Position numbers and translations under genes: made by a program. Positions 37,681 through 50,215 of a stretch of 64,000 nucleotides of DNA are shown in pieces. Each line of letters begins with the position of its first letter. Within the stretch, counting starts at the first letter, position 1. The notes beneath the pieces were generated by a model that was not told where the DNA came from, searched no databases, and saw only the letters and a list, made by a program, of their open reading frames with translations. Origin of the DNA: Takakia lepidozioides (taxonomy: Eukaryota > Plantae > Bryophyta); the NCBI GenBank assembly GCA_030704615.1, contig CM060731.1, forward strand, positions 57,660,001 to 57,724,000. The letters are read 5' to 3'.

Positions 37681-38490
37681 CACTTGGGCTTAGATAGAGG
37701 CCACGATTTTGGCAAAGAGAAACAAACAAGACAGTATCAAATAGTTTCCACTGCCATCAGAACCCATGCCCAGGAAGGGCATCAGAAATTAGAGGTTGAA
37801 GAAGCTCTGGGGCAGACTCCTGCGAGTGGGCGAAGCAGATCCCTGTTCAATGGCAGCACCAACAGACCCTCCTCTTCCGCTTCCCCATAATTTGATAAGA
37901 CGGACATCAATTGGAAACACGTTAAGACCTCCACAAAGACTAGGCTATCTTACCTCAGATAGACTCGTCTCTTCACCTCCTCTATCCTCTGTTTCTAAGC
38001 GTTGGTCTCTTGATCCAGTATGATTATGTCGGAGATGTTTAAGTCTCCAGGCTCTTAGTCTACTGCCATTTAATGGCTTGGTCTTGTTTATCTTAAACCT
38101 TGAATTAATTCCTGGTTGGATTCTTTCTTTAAGAAAATCGTTCCTGCAATTTTCAGGATTAGTCCTATAGCTTAGCTCTGCTAATCATTATTGTTCACCG
38201 GAATATCCGTCACAGTCCGCCGTGTGTGTAGGCCTTATGGCGGCCTTAGGCCAGCTGGGGTTTTAATTTTTTTCCCCATAATAATTCGAATAAAACTAAA
38301 TCCAGGGCTTTGTCCCCTATTCTCTAAAAAATTAAAAAATTAAAAAAAAAATTGATTAGCATGATAATTTTTGGAAGTTCGAGAGTTTTTGCCAAATTTT
38401 CACTTATTTACCTAGGCATGTTCATTTCTAATTATTTGCTGCCGAATCAGCCTACCGACTACGGTATTGTCTCTATTGCTACAAATCAAA

Positions 38491-38717
38491 ATGGCAGACA
38501 AGCAAACATTGATCCGCTCATCTTTTCCTAAAATAGGCCGGGAATAGTATGAGCTTGCTCAAGCTCAAACACTAGAGGAGATCTCACGCTAAGTTGTTGC
38601 TAGCAGGTTCGTGACTGTACAAAGTCAGAAGAGGCATGTAGGACGTCCCAGAAAGATCTTGGAAGCAGCTTTGTTTGAACAACCACTTCGGAAAACAGTC
38701 AAACAAGAAGACAATGG
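38491..38717 (+). pseudogene. 5' part of a pogo-like DDE transposase, split by the retroelement
   Basis: AT-hook 'GRPRK'. The frame joins 57564 onward (…KQEDNG|QHEKKKKQRGSYTNWF…) once one ATGG is removed. Confidence 0.75.
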
Positions 38718-39490
38718 TGTCGTGCGCATACGTATCGCTACACAACTACATCGTTGTCCAAGCCACATCACACATATATGCACAATAAAGTACAAAAGCT
38801 AAAAGGACACACACTCTCAACACAAGAAATATGAAATCCATCGCTATCACTCTTTAAAATAGAAGTCGAGCCAGGGGCACCCCAAGCTATGGGGACTCCA
38901 CCCCACAACAACCTACACTCCCATCATAAGCACACTCAGATCTAAACGCATGAAGGAGCTCGGTCGCGCAGGCTCAACTCGAGAGAGATGAACTGCGCGA
39001 CTGCCGCTCTCGTGAAGATAAGACGGTTCAGGTGTCAAACTAAACTTGACACCTGACTTAACACTTGACCTAAATCCAAGTATTAAGTACAAATAACTAG
39101 CTTTATTCTAGTCGTTTTCACACTGTGCTTATTTAACTTGACAGCTGTCGTGCGCATACGTATCGCTACACAACTACATCGCTGTCCAAACCACACCACA
39201 CATATATGCACAATAAAGTAGTCTGCCACAATCGCCCCCCTAGCTGGTGGATAGGTCCCTCTAACTCCAGATAGCTACAAGATGTATTAGCCACAGCCGT
39301 ACTAAGTCCTCTATCACTGTCCCTATCGTACTCAAACTCTATCGACCAAGAGGCCGGGTACAAGAGTAGCCCCATCGTTAGTCGCCGTCTTGCAATCTGT
39401 GAACTTGAACCAGGATCTCGTGTGTTCAAGGTCTCCTAGTAGCTGGACCTTGCGTTTCTTGTTAGCCTTCCATGGTTGTATCCACTCCCA

Positions 39491-40900
39491 CTATCCAATG
39501 CAATGTGGACATAACCAATCCCCATCTGGAACCATCTCAAGAGGTGGAGTCAAGCATCCCATATGCCAACCTCTAGAGCATCGATCACACACCAGAATGG
39601 TGGCTGCCCCTTTAGCAGACCCACACAACATGCACCTCAAACCTGCAGATACCACTGCCAGGTTTGGGTCAATCCTGCCATCGACATTCGGAAGGTGACA
39701 TGGCGCACAATTACGCACATGGTCCTTCCAAGTTATGCCATCCCGACCCTCCAAGACCAAGACGCCTGAGGGCAAGACCTCTCGAACCCTCAAAATAACA
39801 CGTCATGCAGTCACATCTAGGGTCGTAGGAGCAGTCTGCTGCAGATAGACATAGTCACCAGGGTTGAATCTCCGAACCCCATGACGATAGCCCCCACCAC
39901 GTATGGTAGCATACCTCAACGTATCACGGTGTTGTGCAATGGCATGGTTCTCGAAAGCCATGGGTTCTGACTCTCTTGAACAACTCTGCACGCTGCTCAC
40001 ATGCACGTGCCCACAAGTCCGGATCGTCAAGGTTAAGAACTATAGCAGCTTCTCTGCGAATGGATGTAGGCAAATCCGGCTCTCGGCCAAAGAGAAGAAA
40101 GTATGGTGAGAAGGAGGCAAGTGACGCTTGCTTGCTGAACCTGTAGCCCATGGCTAACCAGGGTAACTGAAGGTCCCAATCTCCTAGGTGTCCCTTCTGC
40201 AAGCCATACTTGCGCAAACCCCTCTTTACTGTCTGAACAACTCTCTCTGCCAAGCCATCGGCCTCAGGATGATCCCGAGAAGTGGTGCGGTGGTCTATCA
40301 AGGCCTTGTCACACAAAGCCTGAAACTCCCCCAATAACTCTCTCCCTTGGTCCGTGAGTACCTCAGCTGGAGTACCGAATCGGCTAAGCACACAATCCAA
40401 GAATGCATACGCAGCTCCCTCACTAGCCTTATCAGGCAATGGAACCAATTCAATCCACTTGGAGAAGTGCTCCACCATCACCAACACGTACTTGTTGTGG
40501 CGCATGGTCAGTGGCAACGGCCCTGCAAAGTCAAGACTCCACCTGTAGTCCAATCCCATGATCGGAAGAGGGTGCAATTGTGGAGTAGGGGCGTTGAATG
40601 AAGCACGCACCCTATCACACACCATGCACCTAGCCACAAATTGTTGCACCTCTGTGTGCATACCACGCCACCAATACTGCCTCTGCAGTAGACTATGAGT
40701 GCGTCGCACCCCAAAATGCCCCAACTCCTCATGGGCATGCCGCACTAACCGTGCCCGCTGTGTTGGGTGAGGCACAATCCTCACTCGACCATCCTCCACA
40801 CTCGGACCAGGTGTGTCCCCTCCCACTTGAACCTCTTGGCTCGTTGTAGGATCCGATCCCTCTCCTTAGCAGTCACAGTGGCTGCAGTGTCTCCAGTGCG
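39491..40900 (-). pseudogene. DDE integrase with HHCC zinc finger and C-terminal PHD finger
   Basis: HAHEELGH...CMVC, WSLDF, LTDQG, AERVVQTVK, SPYFLLFG. PHD: CMLC...CDRC...HMGC...WLCPHC. Frameshifts are present. Confidence 0.95.
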
Positions 40901-41014
40901 GAGGTAGTCCAACACAACTGAATCCTCATGTATATCTTTGGCGCCACATTGCTCATTGCTGGCCTCAGGGTCCTCAGACACTTGATCTACAGTCATCCCT
41001 GTTGCAGGTCCAAC

Positions 41015-42520
41015 CTAGCCTTCCGCTGCCAAGATACACAGAAATGCAGATGCATGCCATCCGGGCACCATCTCCTCGTCCGTCTCACCATGCCACCGAG
41101 CTCCAGTGTCATCCTGCTGGCTCGTGCATGGATTGCGACTCAACCCATCTGCATTGCGATTGACCAAACCTGGTCGATGCACCACCTGAAAGTCATACTC
41201 TTGAAGGATGAGTGCCCACCGTGCAAGCTTCCCCGTAAGCTTGTTTGACTCCATCAACCACTTGAGTGGTTGGTGATCCGTGACAAGGGTGAAGAGATTG
41301 TCGTATAGATAGCACCTAAAGTGTGCCACGGCCCACACTGCAGCTAAGCATTCTCCCTCATATGAACTATACTTAGACTCAGCAGCATTGTTCGAGCGGC
41401 TAGCGTAAGCCACTACGAACTCTCTTCCCTCATCATCCACCTGTGTGGGCACCGCTCCAAGCCCCAGCATGCTCCAATCTGTATGCAGCTGAAAAGGACG
41501 CCCCCTAATAGGTCGTCTCAAGATGGGCGTTGAGGTCAACCTCGCCTTGAGCTCTTGAAAAGCTTGTTCTTGCTCATCTTCCCACTGCCACTCCTGGTCC
41601 ACCTTGGTCAGCTTGGTTAGAGCCTTTGCAATGGCACTAAATCCCTTAACAAACCGTCTGTAATAGTTTGCTAACCCCATGAAAGCTCGAACTCGGCTCA
41701 CATCCGTGGGGCGTGGAACCTATGCAATGGACTCTACCTTAGTCTGTTGTACCCCCAATCCTCCAGGATATATCATGTGACCTAGATACTCAATCTGGTT
41801 GTGGAAAAACTTGCACTTTCCCGAATGTAACTTCAATCCGTTCGTCCTCAAGCGCTCAAATACCCCCTGAAGGTGTCTCTTATGCTCCTCCACCGTAGCA
41901 CTAAAGATGATGATGTCATCTATGTAGCACCGAGCAAACTCCACCCCTGCTAGAATCCTGTCCATGACCCTTTGAAACTCAGCAGGAGCGTTTTTAAGCC
42001 CAAATGGTAAGAACCGCCACTGGTATAGGCAATCCTTCCCGTGCTCATTGATCCCCCAGAATGTCGTCTTTTGCTTATCCGCCTCCTTGATCGGCAACTG
42101 GTGATATCCGGATCGTAAATCCAACGTGTTAAAGACCTTAGAATGCCCAATGGCATCAAAGATCTCCTATGGTGTCGGCATGGCATACCTATTGAACTTG
42201 GTCTGACGATTTACAGGCCGGTAATCACCGCACATACGTCTCTCCGTCCAATTGCCATAGACATCCTTCTTGGCTGGCATCACTGTGGCTGAAGCATACT
42301 CTCCACCAGATAGCTCCACCAAACCTGGCTCCCAAAGATCCTGAGTTCTCATCTGAATCAAGGACCTCTCCATGTCACTGTATCTATAGGGTCTCCGAAA
42401 GATTGGCGTGTCAGTAGCCAATTCAATGCGAATCTCTTGACCCTTCAGTGCTCCCAAGTTCTTCAAACTAAAGGCAAAGCAATTCCTGTAAGCCCTCAGG
42501 AACCGCCGCATATGTCGTCT
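41015..42520 (-). pseudogene. Ty3/Gypsy reverse transcriptase and RNase H
   Basis: RMCGDYRPVN, DLRSGYHQ, PFGLKNAP, YIDDIII, YLGH. RNase H: LHTDWS, GECLAAVW, TDHQPL, NADGLSR. Confidence 0.96.
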
Positions 42521-42939
42521 CTCTCCTCCGGTGACAATGGGTCCAATGTCAGGCTCCCAATTGTCCTCCGTAACTGCAACCTTAAGTCCAGTGGGCATAG
42601 AGGTAGAGGACGCGTCCCGTGGTTGCTATGCTACAACCTCTTGAGCAGTACTACCTTCCTGCTCAGTCAATGACAAGGCCTCATCCTGCCCCATCATCTC
42701 ATCATTGAGAACCTCCTCAACCCGAGAAGAATCCCCAACCTCATCCATCACAGCTGTCTTGGCTGCCAACTCCCTCTGGACCTCGAGCACCTCCCACGTG
42801 TGTCATGGATGTCTACACCCCGTGGTCCTCACCGGCTTGCCCCCACTCGCTGCCTGTACCGTCTCGGTAGGCAGAGAGACCGTCAAGGGAAGTGCACTCC
42901 GCACTTTACGTTGCTCAGCCGTAGCCAAGCTGATAATCC

Positions 42940-43305
42940 AGGTCAAGCAATTGAGATCCATTGCTTGCCCCAACACCTGACGACATGATGCCTCAGAAAG
43001 AGAAGGCACCGCCGTGGTCCCAGTGGAAAACCCCATAACCCGCTCTCGCTTGTCGGCATTAGGCTCCACTAACTGTTGCAACTGAGCATCCCACAGGAGG
43101 CCAGGTCCACCATCCCGAAAAGCATGGGATTCTGGGAAGCTGAGCAGTGTAGGTAATGCTGCTCGTGGTTGACCCACCCTGTTGACCACTACCAAAGGCG
43201 AACGGTCATCATGTCTCACACGTTGAGATTGCCTCCCTGTGTTCAAAATGTTGTCCACTATGAGGTGTGTTGGCCGCTCCACCCCATCAAATGCACGCTT
43301 GAGCA
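42940..43305 (-). pseudogene. C-terminal half of DNMT domain (TRD and motifs IX-X)
   Basis: 'EPNADKRERVMGF' and 'RQVLGQAMDLNCL'. It continues in frame from 49642 after the CACTA is removed. Confidence 0.85.
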
Positions 43306-44004
43306 CACTAGAAGCATTCGTGTCTTTTCCGAATCGACTGCATGTCCAAAACCACTGAGGGAATAACTTTGAGATGTTTGTTACTACTGCACAGTCGTAA
43401 CGGATAAATTCACATTTCTAATGGCGGATAGAAGTTGCATCAATGACTCCACAGTCGGCACAATATTCGTGGCGATTTAATTCAATTACGTAATTTTTTT
43501 TTAAAAAAAAACAACAATTACAAGTTGTTTTAAGCACTAGAGAACGACTCTTAACAACTAGGCATTCATTGCACACCCTATTCAAAAATGGAATTTTTAT
43601 AAGTGCTCCACATGGCTCATGACGTGGAATATTTTAATGTATTTTAGGGCTTGTGTGGCTCATAGATATTGTTCTAATCGTCGGATGTAAAATGATCTAA
43701 GGGTGGAAGAGTAACTTTGTCCTTTGCCTGAATTTGTCTAAGTGTTGGGAGAGGGATGGAGGCTTGAGAGAGAGACGAACAAGTGATGCGAGAAGGACGA
43801 AGACCAAATCGAGGCCCATGTCCTGTTGTTGCAAGCGTTTATGGCGTCAAGGGCGCATTATGTGCAAATGTGGGCTCTTGGCTCCCCTTTGTACCATGAT
43901 TTGGTATTCTTCCTGATGATCACAAGGTTCTTGGGGGAATCAGCTTGGTCTTAGCAACCCATATTTTAATCTCTGCCCGCTCAGCTGCACCGTGGTGGTT
44001 CTTA

Positions 44005-44883
44005 CGAACCAATTCCACATTACCTGACTAGAGATACAAGCAGCACGCACAAGAGGTCTTCTTGGGTTCATGGTCAGTCTAATCCGCAATGGGTCATGAA
44101 ACAAGGTAGAGGACAATGTGGTGAGGGCACCTTCTTCTTCGAGCTATTTCAGCCTGTTTTGCCAAGATGTAGTGTCGTGGAGTGCGATGCTTGCAGGGTA
44201 TGCACAGCAGGGACGTGGGATGGAGGCTTTGGAGACCTATGAAGTTGCGAAGGGAGAGTTTGATAACATGGCTGAACAAGATGTTGTCTCAAGGAACACA
44301 CTGAATCTCGCAAGATATGGCCAGCATGTGTGCGGGATGAGGGCATTGGAGACATATGAGCAAATGTTGAGAAGAGGTGCAACCTGACCGGGTCACGTTC
44401 ATTTGTGTTTGCAATGCATGTGCAAACCTACATGTATGCCAAACGTGGGAGCATTCCCTTGTGGACAAGGAGTGTTAAACAATATGGGTGAGCGAAATGT
44501 GGTGTGGTGGAACGTGATGATCGCAGGACATGCACAACATGGGCGGGGATTGCGGGTTTTGGAGACCTATGAGCAAATGATGTGGGTCTAGGGGGTGAAG
44601 CCCGAGCACATTACCTTTGTTTGTGTTTGTAGTGCATGTGCGAGCCTGTTGGAGAAGGGCAAAGAGGTCCATGGTTGCATCGTCAAAGCTAGAATTGTGG
44701 TAGATGTCATTCTGAACATGAATACCCTTCTAGATAGGGAGTGTTCAACAATATGGCTGAGCGAAATGTGGTGTCGTGGAAAGTGATTATCGCAGGACAT
44801 GCACATCAGGGGCGGGGATTGCAGGTTTTGGAGACCTATGAGCAGTTGATGTGGGAGGGGGTGAAGTCCGACCACATTACGTT
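44005..44883 (+). pseudogene. Degenerate PDF exon and PLS PPR fragments inside the CACTA
   Basis: Homologous to 15117-15290 and to the 303-bp PPR repeats (VVSWSAMLAGYAQQG, HITFVCVCSACAS). It resumes at 47561-47710 after an insertion. Confidence 0.9.
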
Positions 44884-47560
44884 CAGAGAGTTCAAATGCC
44901 TCTCCACCATGACCTTGCTTAGCTAACCATGCCTTGCTGATGTTGTTGTCTTGCACTTGAGCTGTTTTTGGACACTGGCTGGAACATCCACAAGGCGGCT
45001 CTGCTCGAGAGAGAAATCAGCTTGAATGCAGGGGCAGATTTTGAGATCACAATCGCCACTCAGAACGTTGTTCTTTGCACCGGCATGGCATGTCAGCATG
45101 CATATCAGCCCAAACTCATTACTCCGTGAGCCTTCCACTGCCGGAGTGTGCCCATTCAAGCCAGATCTTCGAAACGCAGGGATAGAACGGGGTTTTGAAA
45201 CCAGCATTGCCTAATTGGATACCCAATTCAGCTCCGCATCTTGGTCCATTAATCTGATGCACATTGTGAAGTTTTCTGCCCGTTCACCGCAAGTTGAAGA
45301 AGGAGTATTCTTAAAACACGGGTACTCATAATCTGAAAATGGCTCCAGCTTATGTTGCTTGAGTGCGAATATGAGTGTGGTTGGCTTGGCAGCTTTACAT
45401 CTGGTCCATCCCACTCGATATGATGAGCAGGTCCAACTTGACTTCTCTCACACAAAAGACGCTGCCAAGATGGGGTTTGCTGCCCTAGATGACTTCCCGT
45501 CATTGTTCTGGGCTGCAACATACAATTAATCTGGCCCATGGCGAGGGGCCTTGCCTTCCACCAATCATCTGTAAGTCCTGTGAAACTATTTTTGTGGCAG
45601 TTTGTAAGCAGTGGGCAGCGATGGTGGGCTATTGTAGGATTTGATGAACTCAATGCCGTGTACTGACAGCAACCCCTCATCTCTTATGCAAGCATTCAAC
45701 AAGCCAAGTTGACTGCAGAGCATATTCAGCCCCCCACGTTTCTAGTTGCCTAATGTTCTTCATCTCCTGGGCAGAGCATTTTCCAGGGTCTCCATCTGTG
45801 ATGACACACTATCTTCTCATGTAGTTCAGCTTCTGGTCTTGCTCTTGTTTGCACCACCCCAATGAAGGGCAGTTCCCACCTGCTTGATTCTCTCTATATG
45901 GTTGTCTTGGGTCTTGGCAGGGTTTCCCACAACTGCCTTTCCTTTTCAGACTGCCAGTCATCAGCCTCGTTCTCCAATGCTTCACTTTCTTCCCAAGTGA
46001 AGTGCTCTCCTCTTTTATGCTTCAACGTCCCTGCAGGTGTCTTTTCCTTCATCTCCCGTGGTGCTTTCGAATGAATGAGCACTGATTTACATCTGTTGGC
46101 AACACTTACGGTGTCCCTTTCCTTGCATGCCACTACAGGCCCGCATTGACTTTCTTGGCAGGGAAGTCTCCTCCTTCTCCCTCATTTTCTGGCTCTGTTG
46201 GTGCCCCACTCACCTTGCTATCAGGGCTGCACTTATTTTGTGGTGTTGCGCCAGCCAAGGGCGATCTTTCACTGGTCCGATTGTTGGCAATAGCTGATTG
46301 GAGTCTTCTTGGCAGAGTCTCCCACGAGCTCCCATCAATTTCAGGCATCAGGTTTTCTACCCTGCCCTTCCACTTTTCATAAGCGAGGTGCCTGTCTTCC
46401 TCCCTTTCACTCTTCAGCCTCTCAGGCAGATTTTTCTTCATGCGATTGCTGCTCCCATACTTCCAGTCCTTGTTTAGTTTTCTCCAGCCGTCACCCTCAG
46501 ATTTGACAAGGTATTGCTGCCCTTCCTTGTGTCTTTCCTCACTCCCAACTGCTGGTTTTATCCCAGATTCACCTCTCATCCTTGCCTGGGGTTTTGCTTG
46601 CCAAACAGCCCTTGTGTGGGAAACTTCAATGAAAGGCAACATCTCATTCTCAGCTCCTGTCTTTGTACCTCTTTGCAGCAGTCCAGCCTCGGGTGCCTCA
46701 CTTTCTGATTGCTGGGTTGCATTCTTCGCCGCCAACCTTTGACAAGAAAGTGTGCTCCATCTTCCTCATCTCCTACTGGTTCCCTTGATGCTTCACCTCG
46801 TATGTCTTCCTCCTCATGTTTTAGCAGCAGCTCCATGCTTGAATTGCTACTTTTCCTCGTAGTTGATCTTGTGCTTTCATTTTTCTCCGTAGCCTAATCA
46901 ACATTTTTGTCTTGGCAGCTCCCTTGCCATGAGTGCCTTGTCTCACTGCATCTCCCTTGGCTGCCCACCATCCGTGGAGTCTTTCTTGCACTATTCTGAC
47001 CCTCGTTGGCATGCACTTTGCTGCGATGCCCCACATGTATTTGCTGCTCCCTTTAATCATCAACATAGTGCTCCAGAGCCAGTTCCTCATTGTTGACCAG
47101 TTGACCTTCTCAGCCCTTGGACCCCATTTTCCCTTCTCCCATGTTGCCTCGTCTTTCTGCTTCATCATTTGCTTTACTTGCACGATGTTGCTTCTTCCCT
47201 ACAGCTCATCATGTGTTGTGGCTCTTTCCCATGTTGCACTCACTCCCATCATACGTTGTGCAGTTGATAAGACTGAGATGAGTTGATGCAGGATAGGGGG
47301 AGGGTTTGCTGGTGTATGTTGTCCGATAGGCCCCATGCACAGAGTCAAAGCTGGAAGCCTTGCAAGGACCCAAGTGAGAGAAGTCTGGTGGGGGTAGCAT
47401 CTTGGGGGATGGCAGTTAGGGCAATGTGTGTCTAGGGCAATATATGTCATAGCAGCGGGTGATGTGCTGCCAATTTTGAGGATAGAGACAGCCTGTAAGC
47501 TGTAGATTTGTATAAGTGGTTTCTTCTGACACATATTGCTCCTAGTTTGCCACAACCAGT
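44884..47560 (-). mobile_element. Unidentified 2.7-kb insertion splitting a PPR motif
   Basis: CACATTACGTT|...|TGTTTGCGTT rejoins to HITFVCV. Decayed charged, low-complexity minus-strand ORFs; family not recognised. Confidence 0.5.
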
Positions 47561-47719
47561 TGTTTGCGTTTGTAGTGCATGTGCGAGCCTGCTGGGGAAG
47601 GGCAAAGAGGTCCATGGTTGCATCGTCAAAGCTGGAATTGTGGCAGATGTCATTATGAACAATACCCTTGTGGACAGGGAGTGTTCAACAATATGGCTGA
47701 GCGAAGGATAGAGTGTAAT

Positions 47720-48805
47720 GACTGCTAATGAAGGCACCTTCTTCAATTTCACCTTGTTTTCCCCTCTTATCAGAATTGCCCCTAATTATTCATGTCTGAA
47801 TTCTGCAAGTTAGCTGGTTGAGTGAAGCTTTGATAGTTTGGAGTGACTTTGACATGATTCTGCCAATGTGACAACAGGAAAGTATCAGAAACAAGTAACA
47901 CAGACGAGGAGAAGTTGTGGAATGAATATTTTACTGACCCCAATCAATGGTGGGACAATCGAGGCAAGAAGGTGAATGTTTGTTGGATTATAGAGAATAG
48001 CAGATGCAATTGAGCATAGGAACTAGTGTGATAAGTTGAGTTGGGTGCTTCCTAGAACAAGTCTAGGCTGTCATCGTCAACTGCTAGCAACAAGGCAAGG
48101 TTGTATGCATGATTCGTGCGAGGCATGGATAGTTGAAGGAGCAAGGATAGAGTGTGGGTGCAGATTCACCCAAGAGGGCCAGACTTCAAGCTCCAGATTA
48201 ACTATGAAGCTACAAGAAACCTGCATGGGTAGATGGTCAACTGGCAGCAACGTCACAATTGATAAATCAGACATTGTTAATGAAGGCATCTTCTTCAGCA
48301 CATTTCACCCTGTTTTTCCCTCTTATTAGAATCGGTCCAAAATTTCCATGTTGAATTATGCAAGTTAACTGGTTGAGTGAATCTAGTTTGGAGTGACTTT
48401 GACATGATACTGCTATGTGACAACGGGAAAGTATCAAAAAACAAGTAACAGACATGAGGAGAAGCTGTGGAATGAATACTTTTCTGCCCCCAGTCAATGA
48501 TGGGACAACCGAGGCAAAAAGGTGAATGCCTGCTACATTTCAGAGAGTAGCAGACGCAATTGAGCATAGGAACTAGTGTGATAAGCTGAGTTGGGTGTTT
48601 CCTAGAACAAATGTAGGTTGTCATTGTCAGCTATTAGCAGCAAGGCAAGGATGAATGCATGATTTGTGCAGGGGCATGGATAGCTGAAGGAGCAGGGATA
48701 GAGTGTGGTCCAGATTCATCCTAGAGGGCCAAATTTCAAGCAAAAGATTTACCTATGATTCCCTGTGGATCAATAACTACAAGAAACCTCCATGGGTAGA
48801 TGGTC
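47720..48805 (+). pseudogene. Two tandem degenerate PDF exon/intron cassettes inside the CACTA
   Basis: Copies of 17420-17950, including 'EEKLWNEYFTDPNQWWDNRGKK|GTGAAT'. Confidence 0.9.
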
Positions 48806-49641
48806 TATTCCGTGGAACTCACTGAAGTCTTGCATTTTGAGGATCAGAACTGCTTGACTTGCACGAGGCCTTGACCCTTAGGCAATCCCCAGAGCAGCAG
48901 TAGCTTTGGGCTGCTTTTTTACTTTGTGTTTTTCGTTTGTCCCATAAGCTCTTTGAGCTTTCCGCAGATGTAATAAAGTACCATTTTGTTTCATTTCATT
49001 CATTTTCATTTCATTTTGTTTCATGGCATATCTTTCATCGTTTGTGCATTTCTAATGCATGATTAGTTCTCTTGTATGGCATTACTAGTCGACAAACTAC
49101 AAACACCTAAACTCCAAAGCATGAATCACTATGAATGATTGTTCAAGTAATTTCGAGCACTTCATGTAAAGTAGTAAAGCAGTGGTTGCGCCAACTTCCG
49201 CAATCGCAATTGCCACTGGGCATGTAGCACTGCAAGTTATGTGGTCTACTACCACGTGGCGCCCGGGCCCGTGGCCACGTGGCAGCAGTGGTGCTCGTCG
49301 TGGCGCCGCCATGTCGGCATCCACATCGTCGTCCACGTCCGCGTCCATGTGTCACCGCGCTTTAGTGAGTCGGTCCACTCATCCGGAGGGAAAAGTCAAA
49401 GTCAGCCCAAAAGTTCAGACACACGGGCGGCCCGCCTGGTTACGCCACGTGGTTCTTCAGCATTAATCGCATTAATCGCTGAGCAGTTGTTCGCGCGTCT
49501 GCGTCCTTTACCACTCCAATCATTGGATGTCCAACCCAACTACCATGTCTGTTGTAACTTCCAGTCGATCCCAATTTTTTGACTTTTACGACTCAAAATG
49601 AGTCGTTACCCCAGTGGTAAATGACACGAATGCTTCTAGTG

Positions 49642-50215
49642 GCAGTGCGGGTGGCATCAAGTTAGTCCACCATAGCCATGGACGATGAGCCCGTGATCCC
49701 ACTGCAGCTGCATCCAGCAACACTGCTGACCCAAGCCACGACCGGACTTGATGCACACTGGCCATCACCCTGGCCCGAGAATCACCCATCAGTGGCACAT
49801 TCTCCAAGATGTATGCTGGAGATACAGCTTGATGAAGCTGCAAGTGGCGCAAAACCCGCACCATCTCCCAAAACAGACCCGTCCTCGAGTCTCACAATCC
49901 ATTGCCATGTCTGGATGATGAATGCCCTTGGTAGGGCCAACCTGCCACTACCAGATCAATGGAGCCAACCTGCTCCAAATCCGGCGCCCCCAGCAACGAA
50001 ATGTCTGCTGGCAAGGCTTGTTGGTATCCACGAACTGCAGACACTGGCAACAAAGCAGGGTACTGCTGTACCAACTGAGCAACATGGCGCAGTGAGATGC
50101 GTCGTGCAGTCTCATCCCTCTCCACATACACGTAACGCCTTACCCGCACACCTGCCTGTAGCACAACAGCCAATCCGGTGCTGATCCCGCCAAACAAGTC
50201 CAGAAGGCAAATGCC
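49642..50215 (-). pseudogene. N-terminal half of DNMT3-like methyltransferase domain
   Basis: LLDLFGGISTG, YVERD, ADI, LVVAGWPYQG (catalytic C replaced by Y), ILENV, SRAHRPWLWWTNL. Confidence 0.9.

Larger units (their letters stand above)
43306..49641. mobile_element. Non-autonomous (Pack-type) CACTA transposon
   Basis: 19-bp TIR CACTAGAAGCATTCGTGTC and 3-bp TSD GCA (43303-43305, 49642-49644). Removal restores WWTNLMPPAL-LKRAFD. No transposase seen. Confidence 0.95.
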
